Assembly (NCBI GenBank): GCA_051439425.1
Contig: JBFRWD010000078.1
Location: forward strand, 32,001 to 96,000
Reading direction: 5' to 3'
Length of the DNA stretch: 64,000 nucleotides
Source: Synechococcus sp.
GTDB taxonomy: Bacteria > Cyanobacteriota > Cyanobacteriia > Thermostichales > PCC-7336
The position numbers and the translations under genes were made by a program. Below are positions 10,265 through 21,062 of the stretch, one piece after another. Position 1 is the first letter of the stretch. Each line of letters begins with the position of its first letter. The notes under the pieces are model-generated. The model made no database searches and was not told the origin of the DNA. It worked only from the letters and a program-made list of their open reading frames with translations.

Positions 10265-11317
10265 ATGGATTTCTTTCCTGCCCGCAAGCACCCCCAACCC
10301 TCCGATGCCGATACTGCACTACAGGTGCAGTTGGGTGAATTGCATGATCGGCTGGCTGAATGTCAGCGAGATGCCACCCAATCTCGGGTGGATATGCAAG
10401 CACGGCTACAAGAATTGGAGGAACAATTGGCCATCCGCCAAAAATTGAACGATCGCCAGCGAACCGACATTGAATCCTTAGAAGAACAGCTCGAACGTCT
10501 GAAATTGGAGCGAGCACAGGACGGGCGCCAGCATGACGAACAGTTGGTGCAGCTCAAGGCCGAACTTCAGGATGCAAAAGACATCGCTCAGAAACGTGTT
10601 GAAGCAGTCCAGCGGTTTAAAGCAGAGCTATCCCTGTCTCGCACCACCGCCACAGAAGCGCAGCAAGGATTAAATGCCCTGCGACAGCAGTATTTAGGGG
10701 AAAAAGCTGCTTGGACAGAGCAGCGAGAACTGCTAGAAGCACGGCTGACCGGCTACGAAGAGACAGAAGCGGAAGCAGCTCAGCGATGGCAAGAGGAGCG
10801 AGAAGAGCAACAGATAGCGGAGCAAGAGCGCGATCGCCAAAAGCAGGCAGCCATCGAACATTCCGAACACCTACAGGCCCAAGTATCCGAGCTAGAATCC
10901 CGCAACGAGGCTCTACAAACAGAGTTGACGACCCTTCAAGCCGAGCGTGAATCCCTACAGACACAAGTCAGCGCGCTAGAAGAACGGTTAGCCGACCTAG
11001 AAAATCGAGCACAGGCCAACGAGCAAGCGGCGATCTCGAATGAACGCCTGCAAGCAGCAGAGCAGCAGGCATCTGAGTTAGCAGAACAACTGACCGACTC
11101 TCGTCGCGATCTCAAGCAGTTGGAGTCTGAAGTTGGCGATTGGAAAGAGAAATTTGCCAATCAGCGGATGCACACCATGCGCTTGAAGAAGGCATTGGAG
11201 CGAGCGACAGATGAAGAGCTAGAAACCAATTCTGCAGATGTTGCCATCCAATCAGTTACTATCACCCATCAGGAAGCCACGCGATCGGGGGCCGATTTAC
11301 CGCGATTTATTCGCTAG
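10265..11317 (+). CDS. Long coiled-coil hypothetical protein
   Basis: 350 aa E/Q/L/R-rich heptad pattern ending in DLPRF. Confidence 0.75.
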   Translation: MDFFPARKHPQPSDADTALQVQLGELHDRLAECQRDATQSRVDMQARLQELEEQLAIRQKLNDRQRTDIESLEEQLERLKLERAQDGRQHDEQLVQLKAELQDAKDIAQKRVEAVQRFKAELSLSRTTATEAQQGLNALRQQYLGEKAAWTEQRELLEARLTGYEETEAEAAQRWQEEREEQQIAEQERDRQKQAAIEHSEHLQAQVSELESRNEALQTELTTLQAERESLQTQVSALEERLADLENRAQANEQAAISNERLQAAEQQASELAEQLTDSRRDLKQLESEVGDWKEKFANQRMHTMRLKKALERATDEELETNSADVAIQSVTITHQEATRSGADLPRFIR

Positions 11318-11507
11318 CTATTGCGCAGCTCTAAATCAAAAACCTAGAACTGTAAACCGCTGTACTGGTTTGAGGTCGAAAGGCATAAACCAGCTATTGC
11401 CCCGAGCGGGCCAGCAAACAAGCTGGGGAATTCCCTGTTTGACGGCAGCAATATGAACTACAATTCTGCGGCCATTCGCAACCTTAAGAGTGGCTTGGAG
11501 TATCTGG

Positions 11508-12452
11508 CTATGCCACTAGAGAACCGGCAGCATACACCCCAGGGCTCAGAGTGCCGTCGATCCAACTATCCGAATTCACGATGGTGCCGCCGGGAAGGGT
11601 AGCGTTTGGCCCCACTTTCACCCGCGCTCCGATATAGCAGGGGGCAGAGAGCTTGGCAGCTGGATCGATCGTGGCATCAGGATGCACCCAAATCCCCGGA
11701 GCTGTCTCAGTAGCGGAGATCGGATAGTCCGTCATGACAGTCTTCAAAATGTCTAGTTGTCCCTGGTAATAGCTGGGGGGCTTACCCAAGTCTCGCCAGT
11801 ATCCTGCATGGATATAGGACCCCATCATGCTGCCGGACTCCAACAAACCAGGGAATACCGTACGCTCGAAACTGAGTGGCTCTCCAGCAGGATAACGCTC
11901 GAAAATGCTGGGATCGAGAATGTAGGTACCGGCATTAATCGTGTCGGTGGTAATAGTGGCGGCTTCTTCCGGACTGGGTTTTTCGCGGAACGCCAAAATG
12001 CGTCCACTATCGTCCGTCTCCACCAAACCAAAAGCGGTAATATCCTCCACCCTAGTCAGGGTCAGAGTAGCGATCGCTCCCGAATCTTGGTGGTGAGCCA
12101 TCACAGCCTGTAGATCTAGGTCGGTGAGAATATCGGCGTTAAAGACAACCAGAGATTCGCCAGTAAAGTAGGGCTTGGCCAACACCAAAGACCCCGCCGT
12201 ATCGAGCGGAGTATCTTCACGCACGTAGCGAATGGTCACATCCCATTGGCTACCATCTCCGAAATACGCCTCAATTTGTTCGCCCAGGTAGCCAACATTC
12301 ATCAAAATATCGGTCATACCGACCCGCTTACAGCGATTGACCATCCACTCCAAAAAGGGGACTTCCAGAAGCGGCAGCAATGGCTTCGGAGAACGCAGGG
12401 TAAATGGCCTCAGTCGCGTCCCCTTACCACCGGCTACTATGACTGCTTGCAT
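11508..12452 (-). CDS. NDP-sugar synthase / mannose-1-phosphate guanylyltransferase-like nucleotidyltransferase
   Basis: MQAVIVAGGKGTRLRPFT..PKPLLP, YWRDLG and a short hexapeptide C-terminus. ATG at 12452. Confidence 0.9.
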   Translation of the reverse strand: MQAVIVAGGKGTRLRPFTLRSPKPLLPLLEVPFLEWMVNRCKRVGMTDILMNVGYLGEQIEAYFGDGSQWDVTIRYVREDTPLDTAGSLVLAKPYFTGESLVVFNADILTDLDLQAVMAHHQDSGAIATLTLTRVEDITAFGLVETDDSGRILAFREKPSPEEAATITTDTINAGTYILDPSIFERYPAGEPLSFERTVFPGLLESGSMMGSYIHAGYWRDLGKPPSYYQGQLDILKTVMTDYPISATETAPGIWVHPDATIDPAAKLSAPCYIGARVKVGPNATLPGGTIVNSDSWIDGTLSPGVYAAGSLVA

Positions 12453-12473
12453 ATGCGCTTTCTCCACACCAAA

Positions 12474-12521
12474 ACTGGCTGGCAACACTACACTGGCTGG
12501 CAACACTACACTGGCTGGCAA
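12474..12521. repeat. 18-bp tandem repeat (ACTGGCTGGCAACACTAC x2.7)
   Basis: Units at 12474-12491 and 12492-12509, plus a partial unit at 12510-12521. Confidence 0.9.
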
Positions 12522-13063
12522 TCGTTAATGTTACACCATTCTCAGCAATTGGATGTAGTAGACACTCTCAAAGCTGAACGGCCAAGCCCGGCAGTGTTGC
12601 ATTAAGGCATTCATCATCTCAAAGTGACGGTTGTCGCAGGAGTAAGCAGACTACACTCTCAAGTCGATCCGCTCTAATAAAGCATCATCGATAAACATGC
12701 CGCCCTACATTTTCGGGGTAATTATCACATTTTATTCAGAGTTTTTAAACCGGATATTTGGCAAGCGCATCACGATAACAATGATGCATACGGGCAGGTT
12801 GAACATTGCAGTGCGCTGGATCTCGCTAGCAAAGATGCGCATTTCTGCGATGCTACTGGGAGGATAGGCGAGTACGATAGGCTCTAGCCGCATGCTGTGC
12901 AAAGACTTCATCAGTGGGTTACCCCCGATGTCGGCACATCAGCTCGGTGTGTGAGGATGATGGGCTAGTGACTGCTAGCACGAGCCAGCATTAACATCTA
13001 TGCCAATATCCCCCCAAACCTTCCGCGAGATCGCGGCCATTCCCTGGTTTCCGGTTTTTCTGC

Positions 13064-14620
13064 ATGGCTCACCGTTCAAAATTTCCACGAACTCCCGATC
13101 CCCAAGGGCCTCGCCACTCTGGGGAGCATCGCCATATCAGAGATGATGGTGAACACCACCCAGAACGCAGCGATACAGCACATAACCTCACCAACCAGAA
13201 CCGCACAGGACAGAGGAACCGCTTCGAACACAATCAACCCCCATTCGCCAGCATGCAGCGCCCCCGTCCCCACCCTTCTACCCATCGAAATACTGCCCCT
13301 GGAAGCATCTTGCGCTGGTTCCTATTAATTTCATTAGGCACCAGCGTGTCGGTAGCAGCAGTCGGGGGGGCATTGTTTGCGTTTATGCTGTCCAAGCCCA
13401 TCTTGCCTGCAACTGAACTGACGGAAGAACAACAAGAAGTGTTCCGCGATGACGATACGCGGGCCGCAACTCTGAACAACTCTCTCAATATCCTGGTTCT
13501 GGGCATCGACGATCCCGACCCCACCAATCGCGACCAAACTTTTGACGAAACGCTAACAGGTCGCAGCGATACCATGCTGCTGGTTCGGGTCGACCTGGAC
13601 AGCGATCGCATCAATATTTTGTCGATCCCCCGCGATACCCGGGTACGCATTCCCGAGCGCGGTGTGGCCAAGGTCAACCTTGCCAATGCAATTGGCGGTC
13701 CGTCTCTAGCGGCCCAAGTGGTCAGCGATCTGCTCGATGACGTTCCGATCGATCGCTACGTTCGCCTTAACACCGATGGCATTACCGAGCTAATTGACGT
13801 GCTGGGCGGAGTCGAGATTGACGTCCCTAGCCGCATGCAATACGTTGACCGTACCCAAGGGCTGGAAATCGATCTGGAACAAGGTTTACAGCGACTGAAT
13901 GGTGAAGAGGCCCATCATTTTGTCCGATTCCGGCAAGATGAGCTGGGGGACATTGGACGCGTGCAGCGACAGCAGCAAATGATGCGCGCCGTCAGCAGCC
14001 AGGCTCTGAGGCCACTCACGCTGACCAAAGTGCCAGACATTATGCGCACTATCCGCGATAACGTCGATACCAACATGACCTGGGAAGAGCTACTGTCTCT
14101 CTCGCAGTTTGCCTTTCGGTCTCAAGACGATCGCATGAATTTGGTCATGCTCCCCGGACGGTTTAGCGGCCCCGAAGAATACCCTGGCAGTTTTTGGATC
14201 GTCGATCCGGTAGAAACCTACCGAGTTGCCGTCAACTATTTCGACGCCGAACCTCAGTATGGCTCGGTTGACTACCGCTCTCCCGCCGATCAGCGCGTTG
14301 CGGTAACCAATGCGTCGGGCCTTCCTCGCATGGGTCGCAATATGGCCAATGCCTTACGACAGCGCGGATTTACGAATGTCTACGTGATTGAAGACAATAC
14401 TCACGTCTTGGACAGTACGGCGATCATTGCTCAGCAAGGGGATTCCCACGCTGCAGCAGAGGTACAGGCGCTGTTGGGGTTCGGTCAAGTGAGGATCGAG
14501 TCAACAGGTGATATTTCGTCGGACATCACTGTCAAAGTGGGGCGAGACTGGGCATCGTACTGGTACCCAGAAGCTTTGGAGGCCAGCCAAGCGGCATCAT
14601 TCGATGTAGCTGAAAACTAA
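13064..14620 (+). CDS. LCP (LytR-CpsA-Psr) family protein with LytR C-terminal domain
   Basis: NILVLGID, GRSDTMLL, LSIPRDTRV, FVRFR..GDIGRVQRQQ; C-terminal VTNASG...DITVKVGRD. Confidence 0.93.
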   Translation: MAHRSKFPRTPDPQGPRHSGEHRHIRDDGEHHPERSDTAHNLTNQNRTGQRNRFEHNQPPFASMQRPRPHPSTHRNTAPGSILRWFLLISLGTSVSVAAVGGALFAFMLSKPILPATELTEEQQEVFRDDDTRAATLNNSLNILVLGIDDPDPTNRDQTFDETLTGRSDTMLLVRVDLDSDRINILSIPRDTRVRIPERGVAKVNLANAIGGPSLAAQVVSDLLDDVPIDRYVRLNTDGITELIDVLGGVEIDVPSRMQYVDRTQGLEIDLEQGLQRLNGEEAHHFVRFRQDELGDIGRVQRQQQMMRAVSSQALRPLTLTKVPDIMRTIRDNVDTNMTWEELLSLSQFAFRSQDDRMNLVMLPGRFSGPEEYPGSFWIVDPVETYRVAVNYFDAEPQYGSVDYRSPADQRVAVTNASGLPRMGRNMANALRQRGFTNVYVIEDNTHVLDSTAIIAQQGDSHAAAEVQALLGFGQVRIESTGDISSDITVKVGRDWASYWYPEALEASQAASFDVAEN

Positions 14621-14739
14621 TTCCTGCTGCCGCCCATGGGCATTTCTATGCCCTCTATTCGACTGTGGAAGGCGGTTAAACCTAATTGCCATTGTCAATA
14701 AATTCTGACGGTCTCGATGAGATCGACGCAATAGCTTAG

Positions 14740-15756
14740 ATGTCCAATCCCACGATATCCTTCCAATCCAGTCATGTTCGCAGCAGAAATCATAGTGTTG
14801 TGACCTACAGTTCGGCCTATACGTTGGTACCTACTTACGAATGTTTCAATCGTTGCAGCTACTGTAATTTTCGAGCTGACCCTGGCTCTGGCTGGATTTC
14901 GTTAAATGAGGCCCGACAGCGGCTGACAGCACTGAAAGAACAAGGCATATGCGAGCTACTGATCTTGAGTGGTGAGGTGCATCCTAATAGCGATCGCCGC
15001 TCTGCCTGGATTCACCACATCTACAACCTCTGCCAACTGTCTCTTGAGCTGGGATTTTTACCTCATACCAATGCTGGACCGCTGTCAGTGGAAGAGATGG
15101 CATTACTGAAATCGGTGAATGCCTCGATGGGATTGATGCTAGAGCAGGTGAACGATCGCCTCATACACACCGTTCACAAACATGCTCCCAGTAAAGTCCC
15201 CAGCCTGCGGATTCAGCAATTAGTACAGGCAGGAGAGCTGCGCATTCCGTTTACAACCGGGATTTTGGTGGGGATTGGGGAAACTGAAGCTGAAAGAGTC
15301 GAGACATTGGAGACAATTGCTCGCATTCATCGCCAGTACGGCCATATCCAAGAGGCGATCGTACAGCCATACAACCAAGGCACTCGCCAGGACTGGACTC
15401 AAGAAAGTGCCAATGTGAGAGAGCTAGTGGAGACGGTGGAGATCGCTCGCCAGATTCTTCCCGATGATGTTGCCGTGCAAATTCCTCCCAACCTGACCGG
15501 GGCTGTTATTCCCTGCATACAGGCTGGAGCGAGTGATTGTGGTGGTTTGGGTCCAGTGGACGAGGTTAATCCCGACTTTCCCCACCCATCTCCTCAACAA
15601 CTAGCGACACAACTAGCAACCGCAGGATTCAAGCTGCAGTTGCGTTTACCGGTCTATCCGCAATACTTCAGATGGGTCGCACCATCCGTGCAACCCAACT
15701 TGAGGGATTGGCAGCAGAGTCTTGGAACGGGTAAGCCAACGCTTGCAGCAACTTAA
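14740..15756 (+). CDS. cofG: FO synthase subunit 1 (radical SAM)
   Basis: VTYS.AYTLVPTYECFNRCSYCNFR, LPHTNAG, PFTTGILVGIGE, QIPPNL, DEVNPDFPHP. Confidence 0.93.
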   Translation: MSNPTISFQSSHVRSRNHSVVTYSSAYTLVPTYECFNRCSYCNFRADPGSGWISLNEARQRLTALKEQGICELLILSGEVHPNSDRRSAWIHHIYNLCQLSLELGFLPHTNAGPLSVEEMALLKSVNASMGLMLEQVNDRLIHTVHKHAPSKVPSLRIQQLVQAGELRIPFTTGILVGIGETEAERVETLETIARIHRQYGHIQEAIVQPYNQGTRQDWTQESANVRELVETVEIARQILPDDVAVQIPPNLTGAVIPCIQAGASDCGGLGPVDEVNPDFPHPSPQQLATQLATAGFKLQLRLPVYPQYFRWVAPSVQPNLRDWQQSLGTGKPTLAAT

Positions 15757-15783
15757 TTCGTCGAGGCTGCCATCCTCATATCG

Positions 15784-17223
15784 CTATGCTTCAGCCAAAG
15801 CGCTGTCGAGAACAGCCTTCGCCGCCAAATTTCCCGAGATTGTCGCCCCTTCCATGCTGTCAATGTAGTCCTGCAGGGTGTAACTACCCGCCAGGAAGAA
15901 ATTGGGCACTGGTGTGGCTTGATTGGGGCGATAAGGGTCCATACCGGGAGCTTCGCGATAGAGAGATTGGGCCAGCTTGACCACACTGAACCAGGTCATA
16001 TTGAGATCGCGGGCGGAGGGAAATAGCTCGCGTACTTGCTTAAGTACGTGATTGGCGACATCTTCATTCTTCATAGGGATGAACGGATCGCCAGGGGTTA
16101 GAACTAGCTGTAGGAGCGATCCTTGGCCTTCGCGGTAGTAGTCGGTGGGGCTGGTGAGGGCGAGGTCGGCAAAACAAGAGAAATCGGCATCGGCAGTGTA
16201 AAGCAGGTTATCCAGACCGATCGCTGCTGCCTGTTCGGAAGCCGTCTTCGCTTCCCCTTGCAACTCAGTAACCCACCCATCAAATCTCAGTTGAACGGTC
16301 ACTACCGGGACAGCATTGAGCTTGTAAATATTGTCGAATTCCGACCATTTGCGCCAGTGTTCGGGGATCAAGCGATGGACACCAGGAAGGGCGGCAGCGC
16401 ACACATAGGCATCAGCAGTCACCACATCTCCACTGGACAGTTTCAAGCCGGTTACCATCTGGTTCGATTCGTTTCCTTCCGTCAAAATTTCGCTGACACC
16501 GCTACGCAAGTGGATTTTGGCCCCCTTCTCAGTGATGTAGTCGACGATCGGCTTGTGCAAGAATTCAGCGGGAGAACCTTCTAACATGCGCAAGACAGAG
16601 GCTTCTGTTTTGGTGGCGAAAAACAGGAAGATCGTCAACATGCAGCGGGCGGAGATGTTCTCGGTGTCGATGAAACCGAGAGCGTAGGCGATCGGATTCC
16701 ACATACGCTTCAGGCTGCCATCCGAACCGCCATGGCTGCGGAACCAATCGGCAAAGCTAACACGATCTAGCTCGCGTACCTGTTTCATAGCCCCGTTAAA
16801 GTCAACCAATCCACGCACGATGGGACTGGTGCCGAGTGCCAAGGAGTTCTGAAGCTTGTCGATCGCGGATAGCTGAGACGTCGTAAAAAATGCTTTTAGT
16901 CCGTTGAAAGGCGCACCCGTAATAAAGCGGAAATCCAGTTCGCCAGTCTTGCCCCCCTGATTGACGAACATGTGGGTATGGTCCTTTAGCAAGAGGCTAT
17001 CGAGAGCACCCACTTTGGCCATCAACCCAAACAGGTTGTAATAGCAGCCGAAAAACACATGCAGGCCCATTTCAATATGATTGCCATCTTTATCGATCCA
17101 ACTGCCGACCTTGCCACCGACAAACGGGCGATTTTCAAAGATTTCTACGGTGTGGCCTGCTTCAACCAGGTTCACAGCAGTATTGAGGCCAGCTAGACCC
17201 GCTCCAATAATTGCGACGTGCAT
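15784..17223 (-). CDS. crtQ: Zeta-carotene desaturase (9,9'-di-cis)
   Basis: [46 protein letters not shown] at 17223. Confidence 0.95.
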   Translation of the reverse strand: MHVAIIGAGLAGLNTAVNLVEAGHTVEIFENRPFVGGKVGSWIDKDGNHIEMGLHVFFGCYYNLFGLMAKVGALDSLLLKDHTHMFVNQGGKTGELDFRFITGAPFNGLKAFFTTSQLSAIDKLQNSLALGTSPIVRGLVDFNGAMKQVRELDRVSFADWFRSHGGSDGSLKRMWNPIAYALGFIDTENISARCMLTIFLFFATKTEASVLRMLEGSPAEFLHKPIVDYITEKGAKIHLRSGVSEILTEGNESNQMVTGLKLSSGDVVTADAYVCAAALPGVHRLIPEHWRKWSEFDNIYKLNAVPVVTVQLRFDGWVTELQGEAKTASEQAAAIGLDNLLYTADADFSCFADLALTSPTDYYREGQGSLLQLVLTPGDPFIPMKNEDVANHVLKQVRELFPSARDLNMTWFSVVKLAQSLYREAPGMDPYRPNQATPVPNFFLAGSYTLQDYIDSMEGATISGNLAAKAVLDSALAEA

Positions 17224-17395
17224 TTGCGATCCCCGACGCCTGTGTAACGTAGTGTAAACATATTTCATCTTAGCGGGCAACGGAACGGGGTCGAAACGAA
17301 AAACGCTCCCCAATTGACTGGAGAGCGTCTGACGAAATTCAACCGATCGCCCGCCATCCAGAGGCAGAATCGAGCAGTGTTGCGCAACCTAAGCC

Positions 17396-17806
17396 TTAAC
17401 GGTTGCGTTTTAAAGCAAGTTCTACCTGACTTAATTCGCTGGAAACCCGATCCAGCTTGTCTTGACGAACGGGGCGTAGACGCTCGGCTCGATAGTAGGA
17501 GCCGAGAGTATTGAATACCGTTCTCAAGGACGTATAGGATTGCAGACCACTGTACTTATTAGCATTGTAGCGAGAGCCAAATGCTTCCATCACGGAGATA
17601 GCGTTATCGCGCACTTCGCGCTGGTTCTCAGAGTCCTGAGGAGTCTCGATCGCCTCGCGCATCACATCGACAACGATCTGAGCATCTTGCGGATAGTTGC
17701 CAGTCAAGAGTTCGGTACCGGGAGTTGCGGCACAGCCGGACACGAACAGCACTGCCACGAGCGCCAACGCGACGGCTTTCGATAGAAAATGTCTCATTTT
17801 AAACAT
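17396..17806 (-). CDS. psb27: Photosystem II assembly lipoprotein Psb27
   Basis: Lipobox VSGC, LTGNY.QD, SYTSLRTVFNTLGSYY, ELSQVELALKR. Confidence 0.85.
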   Translation of the reverse strand: MFKMRHFLSKAVALALVAVLFVSGCAATPGTELLTGNYPQDAQIVVDVMREAIETPQDSENQREVRDNAISVMEAFGSRYNANKYSGLQSYTSLRTVFNTLGSYYRAERLRPVRQDKLDRVSSELSQVELALKRNR

Positions 17807-17985
17807 CTACGCGTGATTGGGATTCTTCCTTAAGAATATGGGAAGACGTATTTTTACCCAACTTTACAATTGCCAAACGTCCAATCAATTCCGTCCCATT
17901 GCGATCGAGTTGGAGGGTGCCAAATGCTCTTGAAGTTCATTCACCGCTCGAACTGCAACCAAGCTGATAACCCTTGGTATGGGTT

Positions 17986-18456
17986 CTAAGACACCTCGGT
18001 TTCCAGCGGCGATTCTTCCTTTTCGGAGGGTGGCTCGACGTCAGACTCAGCTGTGGCGACGTTGTCGGATTCACTAGCCGCTGGCTCGGTTTCTGTATGC
18101 TGCGTATCTCCTGTTTCTGCAGCTCCTTCAACTGACATGGCAGTAGAGTCTGTCTCGTCTGCTGCTCCATCGTCGGGCTCGCCTTCCCCTTTGGGTAACG
18201 ATTCGGGAGGGCTATCCTTCGCGTTGCCGGTCGATGATGTTGTGGATTCGGCCTGAGGTTTGTCCTCCACCATGGCGGAGAGACTATCGGCCTCTTTCTT
18301 CAGCTCGGTCTCGAATTCTTTGGACGCATCCTGTAGCATCTTGAGGGTTTTGGCAATCGAGCGTCCAATTTCCGGCAATCGCTTAGGGCCAAACACTAGC
18401 AGTGCCACTGCCAAGATCAGAATCATCTCGGGAAGGCCCACACCAAAGATATTCAT
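17986..18456 (-). CDS. tatA: Twin-arginine translocase TatA/E subunit
   Basis: MNIFGVGLPEMILILAVALLVFGPKRLPEIGRS followed by an acidic disordered tail. Confidence 0.95.
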   Translation of the reverse strand: MNIFGVGLPEMILILAVALLVFGPKRLPEIGRSIAKTLKMLQDASKEFETELKKEADSLSAMVEDKPQAESTTSSTGNAKDSPPESLPKGEGEPDDGAADETDSTAMSVEGAAETGDTQHTETEPAASESDNVATAESDVEPPSEKEESPLETEVS

Positions 18457-18685
18457 AAAACTACTCGCACCCAGTTTTTTCTACAGTACACAACAACAAT
18501 TGCCCGCTCGTGAAGCCGTTGAGCGCCAATCAATCAAAATCTCCCTTAGCGATCGCCCCTCCCCAACCGTCATCCCTGGCTCCCCCCCTTCGATCCTGCT
18601 CTGAGAGCAAACCGCCATCCCGATCGGCGGTCGGACCTGGGTAAGCAAAATGGCAAACCCAGTTTTGTCAGCCGATACAGATCGC

Positions 18686-18713
18686 AAAAGGTCTCGGCAG
18701 CAAAACCGAGACC
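18686..18713 (-). terminator. Intrinsic terminator-like hairpin downstream of psbH
   Basis: On the minus strand: GGTCTCGG-loop-CCGAGACC followed by TTTT. Confidence 0.65.
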
Positions 18714-18747
18714 CTTGAGATAGCGATGCAACTAGAACAGAAAAACG

Positions 18748-18948
18748 CTAGTTGAAGTTTTGCCAGGTCACCTGAACGTTATCGAGGATGAGGGACTTGT
18801 TATAGATCTGCAGGATGATCAGCAGGAACACGGCGAACAGCCCCATAAATACGCCCATGACAACGGTGGTGCCCCAGCCGGGAGAAACTTTACCGTATTC
18901 AGAATTCAAGGGACGAAGGAGGTTGCCTAGCTTGGTCTTGATTGCCAT
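18748..18948 (-). CDS. psbH: Photosystem II reaction centre protein H
   Basis: [18 protein letters not shown]...IILQIYN. Confidence 0.97.
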   Translation of the reverse strand: MAIKTKLGNLLRPLNSEYGKVSPGWGTTVVMGVFMGLFAVFLLIILQIYNKSLILDNVQVTWQNFN

Positions 18949-19037
18949 AGTTCTTTTATAGTTCCGCCCGTCGAGACGTCATTTGTAAACTTACGTAATA
19001 CTATAAATGAAGTCACACAGAATCTGTATCAATTCTG

Positions 19038-19169
19038 ATGGAACCAGCAACATCTCTTATCATTGGCGTCGCGGTCGTCTTGGTCAGCATCACAGCTTTC
19101 GGAATCTACACCTCTTTTGGCCCGCCATCTAAAGAGCTGGAAGATCCCTACGAAATGCACGAAGACTAG
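19038..19169 (+). CDS. psbN: PsbN (43 aa, below ORF-track cutoff)
   Basis: Manual translation MEPATSLIIGVAVVLVSITAFGIYTSFGPPSKELEDPYEMHED*. Divergent from psbH, which is the canonical arrangement. Confidence 0.95.
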   Translation: MEPATSLIIGVAVVLVSITAFGIYTSFGPPSKELEDPYEMHED

Positions 19170-19227
19170 CCTGAGGCCTATCCCGGTCAACGATCTGCAG
19201 TTGAAAGACACGTCGAATAGGCACTCT

Positions 19228-19268
19228 ACCGCCAGTACTCCAGTCGATGTTGCGTTGGTACTGGCGGT
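19228..19268 (+). terminator. Hairpin downstream of psbN
   Basis: 11-bp inverted repeat ACCGCCAGTAC/GTACTGGCGGT followed by CTTTGATT. Confidence 0.45.
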
Positions 19269-19643
19269 CTTTGATTGCTGTTGCAGGGCTGAGTATTCGA
19301 CGGTTGCTGGCACGACTACATTGGCGTTGGGTTGGCCTTTCAAGTGGACTCGCTTCTAAGTATTGCAATGTATCGCAATGATTCGACATAGCGATCGCGA
19401 GCAGTCACTGCAAATCTCGCAGGTTGTCGTCGTTCATATTCCTGCTGACAGGTCCCAACTGGCCAGATTCCTGCTGAATAGATCTCTGCGGATGAAAACC
19501 ACGAATGTAGAGTTCTGCAATGAAAATCGTTGACCTGCGTCAGGAATTGCTGTTGATTCAATGGGTTGTGGCGATCGCCCAACAGACGGGGAAGCCTTGC
19601 GTGATAGGATTTATCTCTGTCTCCTCCCAGTGAGTTTGCAGCT

Positions 19644-21005
19644 TTGTCCAAGCAGCCTATCAAGAAGCTTTTAATTGCCAATCGTGGCGAAATTGCCCTT
19701 CGGATTATTCGTAGCTGTGCCGAACTAGGAATTTCCACCGTAGCTGTTTACTCCACTGCCGATCGCGATTCGTTGCACGTCCAACTTGCGAATGAAGCGA
19801 TCTGTGTGGGCGATCCCCCCAGCAACCGTAGCTATCTCAACGTTCCCAACATTATTTCTGCTGCGCTGACCACGGGGGCCGATGCTATTCACCCTGGCTA
19901 TGGCTTTTTGGCAGAAAATGCCAAGTTTGCCGAAATGTGCGCCGATCATAATTTGGTCTTTGTGGGACCAAGCCCCGATTCCATTCGCAAGATGGGGGAT
20001 AAGGCAACGGCGCGAGCAACGATGCAGGCAGCTAAGGTGCCGACGGTGCCGGGTAGCGAAGGATTGATTGAGACCGACGACGAGGCGATCGCCATTGCCG
20101 AGCAAATCGGTTATCCCGTCATGATTAAGGCGACAGCAGGCGGCGGTGGTCGCGGCATGCGCTTGGCTCGCCAACCGGAAGACTTGCTGGAGATGATGCG
20201 CACAGCCCAAGGGGAGGCAGAGGCTGCCTTTGGAGATGGTGGCATCTACATTGAGAAATTTGTCGAGAATCCACGCCACATCGAGTTTCAGATTTTGGCC
20301 GATAGCTATGGCAATGTGGTGCACTTGCACGAGCGGGATTGTTCAATTCAACGCCGCCACCAGAAACTACTTGAAGAAGCTCCCAGTCCGGCCTTGACTT
20401 CCAAGCTGCGCAAGGCCATGGGCGATGCAGCCGTTCGGGTGGCCAAGACGATTGGATATATCGGCGCTGGTACGGTCGAATTTTTGGTTGATGGCTCCGG
20501 AAATTTCTATTTCATGGAGATGAACACCCGGATTCAGGTGGAGCATCCTGTGACGGAGGCCATCACGGGGATCGACCTGATTGCCTCTCAATTACTGATT
20601 GCCCAGGGCGATCCGCTCGGCAAAGAACAAAAAGATATTCCCCTGTTGGGTCACGCGATTGAATGCCGGATTAATGCCGAAGACCCCGATAAAGATTTCC
20701 GTCCCAACCCTGGCAAGATCAACGCCTACCTGCCCCCCGGTGGCCCTGGCGTTCGTATGGATTCCCACATCTACACGGATTACTCCATTCCCCCCTATTA
20801 CGATTCGCTGATTGGCAAGCTAATAGTCTGGGGGCCCGATCGCGAGTCAGCCATCTTAAGGATGAAGCGCGCTCTGGGGGAGTTTGCCATCACTGGTGTA
20901 TCCACCACAATTGGATTCCATCAGCGTATTCTGGAGAACCCAGCGTTTTTGGCGGCAGAGGTTTACACCAACTTCATTCAGGAACACATGCTGCCTCAGT
21001 CTTGA
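19644..21005 (+). CDS. accC: Acetyl-CoA carboxylase, biotin carboxylase subunit
   Basis: LIANRGEIA, IHPGYGFLAEN, KATAGGGGRGMR, ERDCSIQRRHQK, EMNTRIQVEH. Confidence 0.97.
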   Translation: MSKQPIKKLLIANRGEIALRIIRSCAELGISTVAVYSTADRDSLHVQLANEAICVGDPPSNRSYLNVPNIISAALTTGADAIHPGYGFLAENAKFAEMCADHNLVFVGPSPDSIRKMGDKATARATMQAAKVPTVPGSEGLIETDDEAIAIAEQIGYPVMIKATAGGGGRGMRLARQPEDLLEMMRTAQGEAEAAFGDGGIYIEKFVENPRHIEFQILADSYGNVVHLHERDCSIQRRHQKLLEEAPSPALTSKLRKAMGDAAVRVAKTIGYIGAGTVEFLVDGSGNFYFMEMNTRIQVEHPVTEAITGIDLIASQLLIAQGDPLGKEQKDIPLLGHAIECRINAEDPDKDFRPNPGKINAYLPPGGPGVRMDSHIYTDYSIPPYYDSLIGKLIVWGPDRESAILRMKRALGEFAITGVSTTIGFHQRILENPAFLAAEVYTNFIQEHMLPQS

Positions 21006-21062
21006 GAAGCGCTGCGATCTCCAAATAAAAATGTTTGGCCCTAGTTTCTGCAGAAAATTGCC

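Noticed and set aside
12474..12521. CRISPR array
   Set aside because: Contiguous tandem units with no spacers. No repeat-spacer array or cas gene is seen anywhere in the window.
19029..19389. ORFs 19029-19343, 19063-19359 and 19129-19389
   Set aside because: They overlap the real psbN (19038-19169) in other frames or strands and have no recognisable motifs.
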